Made by a program: the position numbers and the translations under genes. From a virus: a stretch of DNA of 64,000 nucleotides. Below the pieces are notes generated by a model, which ran no database searches, had not been told where the DNA came from, and saw only the letters and a program-made list of their open reading frames with translations. Positions 38,128 through 47,133 of the stretch are shown one piece after another. The DNA lies in the IMG/VR virus record IMGVR_UViG_3300046453_000179, positions 3,125 through 67,124 of that record; one strand, 5' to 3'. Positions within the stretch are counted from its first letter, which is position 1; every line of letters starts with the position of its first letter.

Positions 38128-38391
38128 ATGTGCCATACCGTACAACGGACGTACCTCGGCTGGGACATCACAATTCGATGCTCTACCCGCGCCGCCTCTA
38201 CCCCTTCCAAGGCAGCGACCTACACAGCAATGGCTGTAGCCGAACTGCGCACCGACGAGGATCCCTCGCAGTGGGTTGATGCGAGATTGCAGTTGATCAA
38301 CACTGGCAATCGATCGTGGAGTGCGTCGGATCACTGCGTTGACGATCTTTTTGACGAAGTGAAGCAGCTCATTGACGCTTTGAAGATATAA
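38128..38391 (+). CDS. Small antisense moron protein
   Basis: RTYLGWDITIRC ... VKQLIDALKI; opposite strand to the operon. Confidence 0.6.
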   Translation: MCHTVQRTYLGWDITIRCSTRAASTPSKAATYTAMAVAELRTDEDPSQWVDARLQLINTGNRSWSASDHCVDDLFDEVKQLIDALKI

Positions 38392-38487
38392 AAACCCCAC
38401 GTTCGAGTAGGATTGCGTTCTCTGAATCGCATCGGCCGCAAAAACTGCGGGCTGGCTCGTACTGTTTTTCACTCTGAGGAGGCTGCA

Positions 38488-38655
38488 ATGTGGAAGTGCA
38501 AGCGATGCACCGCTGACTTGAAGTTCGCAGACTGCGAGCCCGCCATTGACCACTTCGGCGCTTACTTCCTTTGCCCGCGATGCGGGTACAGGAATAAGCT
38601 GAAGAACGTCGGCAAGTCCGACGGCCCAACTGAACTGGTCCAGATCGGCGACTGA
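38488..38655 (+). CDS. Small zinc-finger protein (antisense moron)
   Basis: MWKCKRC ... CPRCG; SD GAGGAGG. Confidence 0.7.
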   Translation: MWKCKRCTADLKFADCEPAIDHFGAYFLCPRCGYRNKLKNVGKSDGPTELVQIGD

Positions 38656-38669
38656 GGAAGTTGACGACT

Positions 38670-39002
38670 TCACGGCGCCGCCTCATCCGGCACGGTGTCG
38701 CCGTAGATGCTGGCCACCAGAGCGCGCATGGCGGCGATGAGGGGTGTCGGGCCGCGCCCGGACCGGAGCGTGATGTGGTCCTCGGCGAGCCACTCGGCAT
38801 CGCTGATTGGCTCGAAGCCGATCGCGTACGCCTCCAGCAGCGGGCCGCCCTGCGCCCAGTCTTCATGAGGTGCAAAATCGATGGGCGCAAATAGCGGCCC
38901 GACGCGGCAAATATCCAGCGCAATGCGGGGCCACTCGAGCTCCGCCGCGCGCGCCGCCCACAGCGCCAGGTCAGCGCCGGTCAGTTCAGCGACGGCCGTC
39001 AT
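38670..39002 (-). CDS. NinX/DUF2591-like phage protein
   Basis: ELTG..L..W, DWAQGGPL and GPTPLIAAMR motifs. Confidence 0.8.
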   Translation of the reverse strand: MTAVAELTGADLALWAARAAELEWPRIALDICRVGPLFAPIDFAPHEDWAQGGPLLEAYAIGFEPISDAEWLAEDHITLRSGRGPTPLIAAMRALVASIYGDTVPDEAAP

Positions 39003-39427
39003 GGCTTCGCTCCCATCGCACGGTTCATGGCCGCAGCGCTCAGGCCGGCCAGCTTGCAACCGTCCTGGGTGGCGTGGAAGTAGCGCATGTCCAGCAGCGC
39101 GGCGCCGGCGCGCACAAAGCCGGCAGCGACCAAGCGGTCGAGCGCGGCCTTGTCGCGGCGATTGGCCAGGTACTGGTTGCGGAAGCCCCAGTGCGCTTTC
39201 GGACGGTGCAGCGTGGCGCCCAGCATGTGGTGCAGCACGTCGAGGTCGTCGTCTTGCAGCGTAGCGACGCGCGCGGCGAACAGGCAGGTCACACACTTGC
39301 CGTGCTGTGCAAGTTGCTTGGCCGGCGCGGCTTTGGTGCAGCCGCAGCGCTGAGGAATCAACGAAAACTCCGGCGCCTTCTGGTTTGCCAAGTGCTGACG
39401 CGTTGTTTTTGAGAGGTCCGGTATCAT
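38999..39427 (-). CDS. Phage hypothetical protein
   Basis: Likely start MIPDLSK; LHHMLG..WGFRN..Y motif. Confidence 0.6.
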   Translation of the reverse strand: MIPDLSKTTRQHLANQKAPEFSLIPQRCGCTKAAPAKQLAQHGKCVTCLFAARVATLQDDDLDVLHHMLGATLHRPKAHWGFRNQYLANRRDKAALDRLVAAGFVRAGAALLDMRYFHATQDGCKLAGLSAAAMNRAMGAKP

Positions 39428-39461
39428 GCTATGCTGTCCTATTGTTAATAATGAGGTAACT

Positions 39462-39764
39462 ATGCTTTTCAACTTTGAGATAGCCATTGGCCTGGATGGA
39501 GTAGCAGCGGCATCGCTCAATGGATCCACAGCTGAAGTTTTCCTTACGTTCGGCCCCGGATCTACAGCATCCCCAGTCCAGTACAAAATCATGTTCGGTG
39601 GGCAGTCTTGGGCCTGCGAATGGACGCGCGAACAGATTCTTGAGGATGCAGCGCGGATTGCTATTGCCCAGTACGCTGCAAGTTTCAACAAGCCGTCTGC
39701 GCCACTGCACTTCACGGCGACCCAGGAAATGGGACGTTGGCCCGGCAGTCTGGAGACTCGATAA
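39462..39764 (+). CDS. Hypothetical antisense moron protein
   Basis: SD GAGG before MLFNFEI; lower GC. Confidence 0.55.
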   Translation: MLFNFEIAIGLDGVAAASLNGSTAEVFLTFGPGSTASPVQYKIMFGGQSWACEWTREQILEDAARIAIAQYAASFNKPSAPLHFTATQEMGRWPGSLETR

Positions 39765-39777
39765 ATGAGTTCGAGCA

Positions 39778-40182
39778 TCACGCCACCCAACCCACTTCGC
39801 GCTCATGTATGAAGTTCGCCTGAATCAGCGCCCGCGCCATCGGCGGAAGGCTTTTCGTGGCCTTCTCTGACTTTGAGCGCAAAGCGTTTGCACACGGCGT
39901 GGAACATGATTTGGCCCGAGCGCGCTTCGTTGGCGCCGGCGTGAATATCTTGCCGCAATGCTGACAGGGCAATTGCAGAGGATGTTTCTGCTTATGCTCA
40001 GCCATGTGATCTTTGGCTGTCATGACCACCAGATTACTGATGTCATTGTTCCGAATATTCTCATCACAGTGGTGCACCTGCTCACCCGGCAACAGCGCAC
40101 GACCAAGGTGCTGTTCCATGATGTGTCGATGCTTCAACTTCGTTTTCCCGTCGACCTTTACGGTGAGGTATCGGTAAGTCAT
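39778..40182 (-). CDS. HNH endonuclease with zinc finger, fused to a duplicate of the methyltransferase C-terminus
   Basis: HR.IME..LGR, VHHCD...NN...NL, CQHC...CS..C; ends PPMARALIQANF. Confidence 0.85.
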   Translation of the reverse strand: MTYRYLTVKVDGKTKLKHRHIMEQHLGRALLPGEQVHHCDENIRNNDISNLVVMTAKDHMAEHKQKHPLQLPCQHCGKIFTPAPTKRARAKSCSTPCANALRSKSEKATKSLPPMARALIQANFIHEREVGWVA

Positions 40183-42362
40183 GCTGCGGCCCCTTGAATA
40201 AGCTTTTCGTGTGAAAAATTCGCGAAGATGAGGGCGCGGGCCATCGGCGGGCACACAGAATTTCCCACCATGCGCACCTGGGCTGACTTCGTGAGCGCCA
40301 CGCGCGGCAGGTCTAGCGGGCTGCCGTCCACCTGGCGCCCGTCCTTGAACAGCAGCGCCGGGTTCGGAATCTCGCGGATCACGTAGTCGGCCGGGAAGCC
40401 CTGGGCGCGGTACAGTTCGGACGGATCCAGCATACGCAGGCCAATGTCCACGATCTGGTAGTCCACGCCCTGGATGGTGACCAGGCCGAATCGGTCCCGG
40501 CTGGTCACGGTTGCAAGCGGGGAATCTGGAGACTGGTCCTGATCGCAGCCGTAGTACGCCAGCAGGAACGCGCGCACCTCGGCGTGGTGCTGGCCGCCGG
40601 CGCTGATCGTATGCAGCGGCTCGTCCACGCTGGCCGTGCTGCTGGTGCCGCGCAGCTTCACTAGGTTGCTGGTCATCACCGCATGGCGAGCGCTGGCGGT
40701 GACCGTCTTGATCGGCTCGCGCGCATCCTGGCCGCGAGATTCATCAACCTTCTGCGAATACATCGCTTCGATGTGCGCTGTCACGATGCCCAGCGCGTGC
40801 GGAGCGCCAGCCGGGTTTTCCTTCGGGCCGGCCGTGATGGTCGGTACCGGCTCCATCATGTCGCTGCCGGTGGCGCCGGTGCGGAATTTCGTAATGTGCG
40901 CCGTCACCAGCGCCTGGTTGCCCGCTGCGGTCACGGTCGGCACCGGCGCACCGACCTCAGCACCAGGGTGTCCGGTGGTGTTGGTCATCACGAACGGTGC
41001 CAGCTCAGCGGTGACCACGGCGGTGTCGCCCTTGGCTGTTACGGTCGCCACGGGCTCGTCGGCGCCGCGCGGGCGGCTGTCGCCAGCCCGGCCGCCCACA
41101 CCTACCAGCGTGGCAGATACCGCGCTAATATGGCCGCCTTTCACCTGGGCGCAGATCGTGCGCAGCGGTTCGTCTACGGGCATCACGCGCTGGTTGCTGG
41201 AGTTGGCGTGCTCGTTCAGGAACGCGCTGACCAGCGCGGCCTTGCCGCCGCCAGCGGTGATCGTGCCCAAGGGCTTCTCGATGTCGAGCGCGCGCGGCGC
41301 CTGACCTTCGCGCTCACCATAGCCGACCTGCACCATCGAGGCCACGGCCAGCGCCTTCTCGCCACGGTTCGCGCTTGTGATGGTGCGGAAGGGCTCCAAT
41401 ACGGAATCGTTGCGGTCGCTGCCCTGGTGGGTAACGGGAACGATGGTGGGCACGACAACGGCGCGGTGGTTCTCAGTGGTCAGCGTGCCGAAGGGCTGCG
41501 CCGCCGGCACGGGCTTGCCCGAATAGATCGGGCCGCCTTGCCCGACGATGAACGGCGCGGGCGCGTCCACTACGTAGCGCATGATGCCCTTAGCGATGCG
41601 GCGCAGCGTGGCCGGCGCCAGTGGTCGCTTGCGCTCGAAGATCGATGGGCAAGCAATATTCCAGTCGATGCATTCGGCGGCCGTGCGGTGCGGCAGCAGC
41701 TTCCCGGCCAGCACGCCAGGCGAGGACGGCGCGCCGTGTGTCGCGGCTGGCCAGCGGATCGGCAAGCCATCGCGGCGGGCGACCAGGAAGAAGCGCTTGC
41801 GAATGGTCGGGGTGTCGTAGTCGCTGGCGCGCAGCTCACGGTGGTCGACCGTGTAGCCATGGGCTCGCAGCTGGCGCAGGAAGCTTTCGAACGTTTTGCC
41901 TTTCTTCGCCGGATCCGGACGGAAGTTACCCTCGGCGTCCACCAGCAGCGGGCCCCAAGTTTTGAATTCCTCAACGTTTTCCAACATGATCACGCGCGGC
42001 TTGCACTTCGCCGCCCAGCGCAACGTTACCCACGCCAGGCCGCGAATGTTCTTCGCCACCGGCGTGCCGCCCTTGGCCTTGCTGAAATGCTTGCAGTCGG
42101 GCGACAGCCAGACCAAACCAACCGGCTGGTTGTTCGTTACCTTGATCGGGTCAACGTCCCACACGCTCTCGCACAGGTGCTTCGTATGCGGGTGGTTCAT
42201 AGCGTGCATAGCGAGCGCCTCGGGATCATGGTTTATGGCAATATCCACCGGGCGACCGAATGCCTCTTCGAGGCCTGTACTGGTGCCTCCGCCCCCAGCA
42301 AAGTTGTCGATGATCAGCTCGTGGCCCAAGTCAAGTGACAGGGTGAAGGAATCGCGCTTCAT
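40179..42362 (-). CDS. C5 cytosine DNA methyltransferase with expanded variable region
   Basis: FAGGGG (motif I), SPDC (IV), ENV (VI), R.RF (VIII), R.L...E..RAQGFP (IX), GNSV.P (X). Confidence 0.92.
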   Translation of the reverse strand: MKRDSFTLSLDLGHELIIDNFAGGGGTSTGLEEAFGRPVDIAINHDPEALAMHAMNHPHTKHLCESVWDVDPIKVTNNQPVGLVWLSPDCKHFSKAKGGTPVAKNIRGLAWVTLRWAAKCKPRVIMLENVEEFKTWGPLLVDAEGNFRPDPAKKGKTFESFLRQLRAHGYTVDHRELRASDYDTPTIRKRFFLVARRDGLPIRWPAATHGAPSSPGVLAGKLLPHRTAAECIDWNIACPSIFERKRPLAPATLRRIAKGIMRYVVDAPAPFIVGQGGPIYSGKPVPAAQPFGTLTTENHRAVVVPTIVPVTHQGSDRNDSVLEPFRTITSANRGEKALAVASMVQVGYGEREGQAPRALDIEKPLGTITAGGGKAALVSAFLNEHANSSNQRVMPVDEPLRTICAQVKGGHISAVSATLVGVGGRAGDSRPRGADEPVATVTAKGDTAVVTAELAPFVMTNTTGHPGAEVGAPVPTVTAAGNQALVTAHITKFRTGATGSDMMEPVPTITAGPKENPAGAPHALGIVTAHIEAMYSQKVDESRGQDAREPIKTVTASARHAVMTSNLVKLRGTSSTASVDEPLHTISAGGQHHAEVRAFLLAYYGCDQDQSPDSPLATVTSRDRFGLVTIQGVDYQIVDIGLRMLDPSELYRAQGFPADYVIREIPNPALLFKDGRQVDGSPLDLPRVALTKSAQVRMVGNSVCPPMARALIFANFSHEKLIQGAAA

Positions 42363-42382
42363 GATATTATTTCCCCATTGAA

Positions 42383-42631
42383 ATGGATTCGCATATGAGC
42401 GCAGCTGAAGAGCGAATACAGATTGGGATGTGGCAAATGACCATCCGCACTACCGTCGATACCGCGACGGGGCAGTACGCGTTTGCCGTCACCAATATCC
42501 GAAAAGTGTGCGATGACACGTTCCGCACTCTGCAGGTGGTTGCCGATCACAGTGATGCCAGCAGCCAATTTCCCACTGAGGCCGCTGCTCTTGCGGCAGC
42601 CTACTTTTGGGCCACCGAGAATTTGAAATAG
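42383..42631 (+). CDS. Small antisense moron protein
   Basis: 82 aa; beta-rich N-terminus plus FPTEAAALAAA helix. Confidence 0.55.
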   Translation: MDSHMSAAEERIQIGMWQMTIRTTVDTATGQYAFAVTNIRKVCDDTFRTLQVVADHSDASSQFPTEAAALAAAYFWATENLK

Positions 42632-42639
42632 CAGGCGGC

Positions 42640-42972
42640 TCATGCGCGCGCTCCCGCAGCACGGCGCGCGATAAGCACCGGCATCGAGCGCGCCGGGCCG
42701 CGATGGGCCGGGCCGGCAACTTCGCCAGCGTACGGCGCCGCCGGCGCCAGCGCGTTGCGCGCGGGCGTGGTGATGTTGTAGACCAGGCCGATCAGGTAGG
42801 CGTGGCGGCCGTCGACCAGTTCATCGAACAACGCGCGCTGGATTGCTTCGGCGCGGTCGTCCTCGATATCGACGTCGGCGCGCTCGCAAATTTGGTAGAA
42901 GGTGCCTGGGCCGGTCAGCAGCGCGGTGAGCAAGCGGTGCGCGCCGGAGCGCGGATTGGGGAGAACTTTCAT
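42640..42972 (-). CDS. Hypothetical protein
   Basis: Operon-coupled ORF. Confidence 0.55.
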   Translation of the reverse strand: MKVLPNPRSGAHRLLTALLTGPGTFYQICERADVDIEDDRAEAIQRALFDELVDGRHAYLIGLVYNITTPARNALAPAAPYAGEVAGPAHRGPARSMPVLIARRAAGARA

Positions 42973-43160
42973 GGCTGGCCGCCCTCCGCCTTCATGAGCT
43001 GATCCGCGCAGTCGCGCAGCTTCTGCTCGTTGTGGCGGTGCTTCGTGCGCGCGCGGTCCTTCTCGGCTGCCGGCGCGGCGGTCTTGGCCTTGTCCGTGGT
43101 GCGCCAGTCCTTCACGGCCGCCAGGGTCTTGCTCTCGGTGTAGTTGATCGAGGTCGTCAT
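42969..43160 (-). CDS. Hypothetical protein
   Basis: 63 aa with ATGA overlap. Confidence 0.55.
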   Translation of the reverse strand: MTTSINYTESKTLAAVKDWRTTDKAKTAAPAAEKDRARTKHRHNEQKLRDCADQLMKAEGGQP

Positions 43161-43259
43161 GGCTCGGACCTAGTGGTGCAACGTGATATCATTGGGGCCT
43201 CTGTACGTTGTAATTGAATTGCTAAGCCGGCCTGCACGCCGGCTTTTCTATTTCCGCGA

Positions 43260-43493
43260 TCAGTCGTACTGCCCTGACCTCTCGCGGATTTCTTGAACAG
43301 CCATGCCGTAGTACTCATGGATGAACAAAATGTGTTTCGCCGACAGGCGGCGCTTTCCTCGCACCAGGCAGCTGATGACGCCTCGGTCCTCGCCCATTTC
43401 GACGGCGAGTGCGGTGTAATTTTTCAAATCGTTTTGTTTAATCAGGTAGTCCAGCAGTTCGCGCACGCTGGACGGCACGGGGCCTGATGTCAT
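43260..43493 (-). CDS. XRE-like HTH protein
   Basis: LLDYL....LKN..ALA......VIS...RG motif. Confidence 0.65.
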   Translation of the reverse strand: MTSGPVPSSVRELLDYLIKQNDLKNYTALAVEMGEDRGVISCLVRGKRRLSAKHILFIHEYYGMAVQEIRERSGQYD

Positions 43494-43735
43494 GGCGGTG
43501 CTCCGGCGCCGGCCTTGGCAACGCGCTTGCGCTCGGCGTCCAGGCGCACGAAGCGGCCGGTTATGTGCGGGTATTCCTCGCGGTGCTGGGCGATGTCGTC
43601 TTTGCTGAAGCACTGCGCCTTCGTGATGTCGGCTACGAACACGGCCTTTCGGCCCCGACGAGCGATACCGTTCAGGTACATTGGCTTCGGCACCGATGTG
43701 CTATCGCGCAGGATGAAGTCTTTGCTCACCTGCAC
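43490..43735 (-). CDS. Hypothetical protein
   Basis: Operon-coupled ORF. Confidence 0.5.
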   Translation of the reverse strand: MQVSKDFILRDSTSVPKPMYLNGIARRGRKAVFVADITKAQCFSKDDIAQHREEYPHITGRFVRLDAERKRVAKAGAGAPP

Positions 43736-43908
43736 AGCTCCAGTGCCTGCTGCTCAGTGAAGCCTTCGGCCACGAGCGCCAGATACTTGGCCCGGCTGAT
43801 CTTCGCGCTGAGCTGCGCTATCTCGATGTGGGCGGTCAGGTTCTCGCGCATTTCGCGCACCAGGACGGCCAGCTTGACCCGGCCTTTGTCTTCGTCGTGG
43901 TGGCTCAC
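43726..43908 (-). CDS. Conserved small phage protein
   Basis: RAKYLALV.EGFTEQQALELC motif; GTG start. Confidence 0.65.
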   Translation of the reverse strand: MSHHDEDKGRVKLAVLVREMRENLTAHIEIAQLSAKISRAKYLALVAEGFTEQQALELCR

Positions 43909-44456
43909 TTGACGCTCCCTGCGGCATGATCGATGGCCAGGCCGCCGGCGGTGTAGCCGCGCTCGACGCACGCGCGGCGCGCCGCCTGCATCAGGGGTGA
44001 AAATTCTGATGTTGGCGTCGGGTAGGCCTCGCGCTTCTCGGCCGGCAGCGACCAGTAGTGATCGACGGTGCAAAGCAGAGTACGGATGATGTCGACGGGA
44101 TCTTCCTTGAGCGGATCGAGGCCTGTCGGCGTAGTCATCGCTGCATGCAGCGCGCCAGCGGCGGACGGCGACAGCGTGACGGAGCTACCCATGACCTTCG
44201 CCGTGGCCAGGTGGTCGCGCAGTTCGGGTAAGCCGGTGTCGGTGATGGTTGGCGCATGCAGCAGGCCGGCATTCAGGCCCATATTCCACGCAGCGCGTGC
44301 ATGGGCGTCCATCTGCTCCGTGCTGAACCCGGAAGCGAGACGCTGCTGAGGCGTGCCCCAGTTCAGGGTGATGTCGCCAGCAGGTGCTGGCAGCGGCGGC
44401 AGTGCGCTGTGCGCTACCGTTGGCGGGCGCGGCTGATTGTTCGATGGGCTATTCAC
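43905..44456 (-). CDS. Hypothetical protein
   Basis: GTG start overlapping the upstream stop. Confidence 0.5.
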   Translation of the reverse strand: MNSPSNNQPRPPTVAHSALPPLPAPAGDITLNWGTPQQRLASGFSTEQMDAHARAAWNMGLNAGLLHAPTITDTGLPELRDHLATAKVMGSSVTLSPSAAGALHAAMTTPTGLDPLKEDPVDIIRTLLCTVDHYWSLPAEKREAYPTPTSEFSPLMQAARRACVERGYTAGGLAIDHAAGSVK

Positions 44457-45262
44457 AGCGCCACCTCCGCCAGGACGGAATCTTTCCACTTCACCTGCTG
44501 GATCGGTGCGCCGCTACCGTGCCGCTTGCCGGTGTCGAGCACCGTCGCGTGTGCGCGACCCTTCTCCGTCGGCACCCAGTGTCCAGCAACGCTCTCTTGC
44601 AGGCCGGCGTCGGTCAGCCGCTGGTTGAAGCGGATGGCGCTCTGGCAGAAGCGCTTACCCAGCTCGGTGGGCGTGAAATAGATTTCTTGATCGGGCGTCG
44701 GCAGGTGCTGCTGGCCAGCCAGCGCAAGCAGGTTCACGCCGGTCTGCGCCGCGGCGATCTGGTTGGCGCCGATGGCTGCCGCGTTCTTGTCGATGCCACA
44801 GCAGCGCAGCGCGCGAACCAGGGCGGGCATCATGCCGGCCGCAACCATCACCGGCGACTTCGACGGTACCGCGCGCACAGCCTTTGCTGCTGGTGCCGGC
44901 AGCGCGCCGGTGACCAGTGCGTCAAACGTGCGGATCACCTCCAGGTGGAACTTGGCGCTGATCCACATCGCGTATGCATACACAATTTCTTTCGCCGCAA
45001 AGGTGCCACCGTATCGGCCAGCCGTCGATGCCACCGGTTCGCAACTCTGCGCTGGCGCAGAATTAGAAATCTCGGCAATCAATTCCTGGGTTTCTGGGCG
45101 ACGGGAGAAGAATGCCGGCTGATGGCGCTCCTCGCCGCCGGCGGCTTTATGCAAATCGTTCAGCGAGTAGCGGCCGAGGTCGTCGGCGCGGATTGGTACA
45201 TTGGCGATGATCAGATTTTTCACTGTCGGGTCCGGTTGGGTTGAAGGACTGAAAAGGTTCAA
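44453..45262 (-). CDS. KilA-N domain antirepressor-like protein
   Basis: GRYSLNDLHKAAG, GGTF..KE.VYAYAMWISA.FHLEVIR and TPTELG motifs. Confidence 0.85.
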   Translation of the reverse strand: MNLFSPSTQPDPTVKNLIIANVPIRADDLGRYSLNDLHKAAGGEERHQPAFFSRRPETQELIAEISNSAPAQSCEPVASTAGRYGGTFAAKEIVYAYAMWISAKFHLEVIRTFDALVTGALPAPAAKAVRAVPSKSPVMVAAGMMPALVRALRCCGIDKNAAAIGANQIAAAQTGVNLLALAGQQHLPTPDQEIYFTPTELGKRFCQSAIRFNQRLTDAGLQESVAGHWVPTEKGRAHATVLDTGKRHGSGAPIQQVKWKDSVLAEVAL

Positions 45263-46014
45263 TGCGACTTAATGCCGCTCGCTTTGAGAATGGCAGCCTT
45301 GGCGTGCGCTGCGCCGCCGCCCTTGGCACCAGCTGCTGTTTGAAGTGCTGCGGAAATATTCATAATTTCGCGCGCGGTGGTTTTGCGGCGGCGGAGCTTT
45401 GCGGTAATCGCCGGCAGGTCGAACGCACCAGTCGCCAGCTCAAACATTCCGCGCAGGACGATGCCCGACCATGCGCAATCATCGTCGTGCCAAATGTTTT
45501 CGATGGCATCCATGGCGGCCTTTAGCGCGAGCGGATTGGACGCGGAGTATTGGCTGATCGCGCCAATAGCGTTGGTGCAACCCTTGCGCAAACCACCAGT
45601 GCTGATCACGATGCCGTACGCATCGAGCATCTTCTGGATCGCTATCGCGTTGCTGTCGCCAGCAACCAATGCGGCGATATGCTTCTGCCGGGTATTAACA
45701 CCTTCCGTTCCGCTCCCATTGATGATGCCGAACCAACGCGCCTCATCTTCTTGAGAGCCTTTAACCACCAGCGCCGGCACATGCGTGTACCCCAGTTGAC
45801 GGGCCATATCGACGGTGTGCTGCCCATCAGTGATCATCATCTTTCCATCCGAGCGCAAGGAGACGTTGATGGCCTTCATCGCTCCAGGCTCGAATCGCTT
45901 CGCGTTGCGCTTGACGCGCGACGCCTTGAGGCTTCGCTGGTAATCGGGATCTACGATCAGGTCGCAGATTGCGACGAGACGCATTTCGACGTCTGGAGCG
46001 ATTTGTTTGGACAT
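45259..46014 (-). CDS. ParB-like domain protein (DUF6551-like)
   Basis: VDPDYQR ... ITDGQH motifs; lower GC. Confidence 0.7.
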   Translation of the reverse strand: MSKQIAPDVEMRLVAICDLIVDPDYQRSLKASRVKRNAKRFEPGAMKAINVSLRSDGKMMITDGQHTVDMARQLGYTHVPALVVKGSQEDEARWFGIINGSGTEGVNTRQKHIAALVAGDSNAIAIQKMLDAYGIVISTGGLRKGCTNAIGAISQYSASNPLALKAAMDAIENIWHDDDCAWSGIVLRGMFELATGAFDLPAITAKLRRRKTTAREIMNISAALQTAAGAKGGGAAHAKAAILKASGIKSH

Positions 46015-46064
46015 CAGTTTTCCTATCTGGTTGAAGGTGCCGGCTTTACCCGGCGGAGATCTGT

Positions 46065-46355
46065 TCAGGAACGCATCGGGCGCAGCGCACCGCGCGACAC
46101 GCGGCGAACGCCCTGACCCTGACCTGGGAACGAGAAGGCCCGGCGCAGGCCTGCACTGGCCCCTTCTTGGCGGCCCGGGAAGCGGGTAACCTGCTGGTGT
46201 GCCGTTGCGATGCGCATGCCAGCCTGGCGGAGGAAGCCGCTGATGCTGATGTCTGCGGCAGCGCAGTGGCTCTGCAAAGTGGCCTGCTCCTCGTCGCCGA
46301 GGTAGACCTTGACGACGTTCAAGCGGGGATCCGGCTTGCGTTGGATGATGCTCAT
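46065..46355 (-). CDS. Small RHH-like regulator (CII position)
   Basis: VVKVYL.DEE...ISISGFLR; SD AGGAG. Confidence 0.55.
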   Translation of the reverse strand: MSIIQRKPDPRLNVVKVYLGDEEQATLQSHCAAADISISGFLRQAGMRIATAHQQVTRFPGRQEGASAGLRRAFSFPGQGQGVRRVSRGALRPMRS

Positions 46356-46445
46356 GTGTTGCTCCTATAGTGATGCGGACTTCAGGATTTAAACCGGCAG
46401 GTCTAGGGCCGGCGACGTTACAAATTTGGGGTCGGGTGGGCGCCG

Positions 46446-46817
46446 TCAGCCTGGCATGCCGGATGCGGCGGCACCGGTGGCAGGCGTGATGAACTCGGCG
46501 GCGTGGTCACCCTGCTTCGCCAGCACTTCGAGCAGCGTGTTTTGCTTGCGCATCTCGGCCAGGATCCGGGCTTGGGTTTCGTCGGACAGCGGCACGGAGT
46601 CGATAAATTCGCCGGCCTGCGCCATGAGCACGTCAGCGATTGCCGCCTCGGCCCGGCGCGCGGCATCGGCAAGGCGGTCGAGCTTGCTTATCGCGGCGCC
46701 CACCGGTGAGCTGTCGATCTCGAAGTCGAGTTCCATCGTGATGACGCTCGGCGCGAGCTTGGCCGGCGACGGCACGTAGCCGAGCATCGCAGCGATCCGG
46801 TTGAGTGCGGCTTTCAT
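46446..46817 (-). CDS. Hypothetical protein
   Basis: ATGA overlap with cro; SD GGAGGAG. Confidence 0.6.
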   Translation of the reverse strand: MKAALNRIAAMLGYVPSPAKLAPSVITMELDFEIDSSPVGAAISKLDRLADAARRAEAAIADVLMAQAGEFIDSVPLSDETQARILAEMRKQNTLLEVLAKQGDHAAEFITPATGAAASGMPG

Positions 46818-47050
46818 GCGGCTCCTCCCGCATGATTGACGTTTGTAGATACCGGGCAGCCGTAAATATCGTCAAATGACAGCGAGTGGCCGCGCTCGGC
46901 AGCGAACGTAATTAGCCGCTTCGCAACTTCCGGCGGCATGCTCTGGCCTCGCTCGTAGTGGGACACGTTCCCTTGGCTGACCTGAAGCACGTCGGCGAGG
47001 GCCTTTTGGGTGACGGCGAGCTGAGCTCGGATGTGTGAAATTCGGTTCAT
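46814..47050 (-). CDS. cro: Cro-like HTH repressor
   Basis: MNRISHIR..L..TQKALADVLQVSQGNVSHYERG; divergent from cI. Confidence 0.85.
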   Translation of the reverse strand: MNRISHIRAQLAVTQKALADVLQVSQGNVSHYERGQSMPPEVAKRLITFAAERGHSLSFDDIYGCPVSTNVNHAGGAA

Positions 47051-47057
47051 GAAACAA

Positions 47058-47127
47058 ATATTAGTCGGACTGCTAGCTATTGTCAACAGTCGGACTAATT
47101 GAAATATATTAGGCTTACTTATATTCT
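47058..47127. promoter_or_regulatory. OR region: PR, PRM and three operators
   Basis: PR (minus) TTGACA-17-TAATAT; PRM (plus) TTGAAA-17-TATTCT; operators TTAGTCGGACTGC (47061), ACAGTCGGACTAA (47086) and degenerate TTAGGCTTACTTA (47109). Confidence 0.85.
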
Positions 47128-47133
47128 GCTCAT

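Noticed and set aside
38999-39790. 263-aa minus ORF reading through the antisense moron
   Set aside because: The 5' half is the reverse complement of 39462-39764; the more plausible start is 39427
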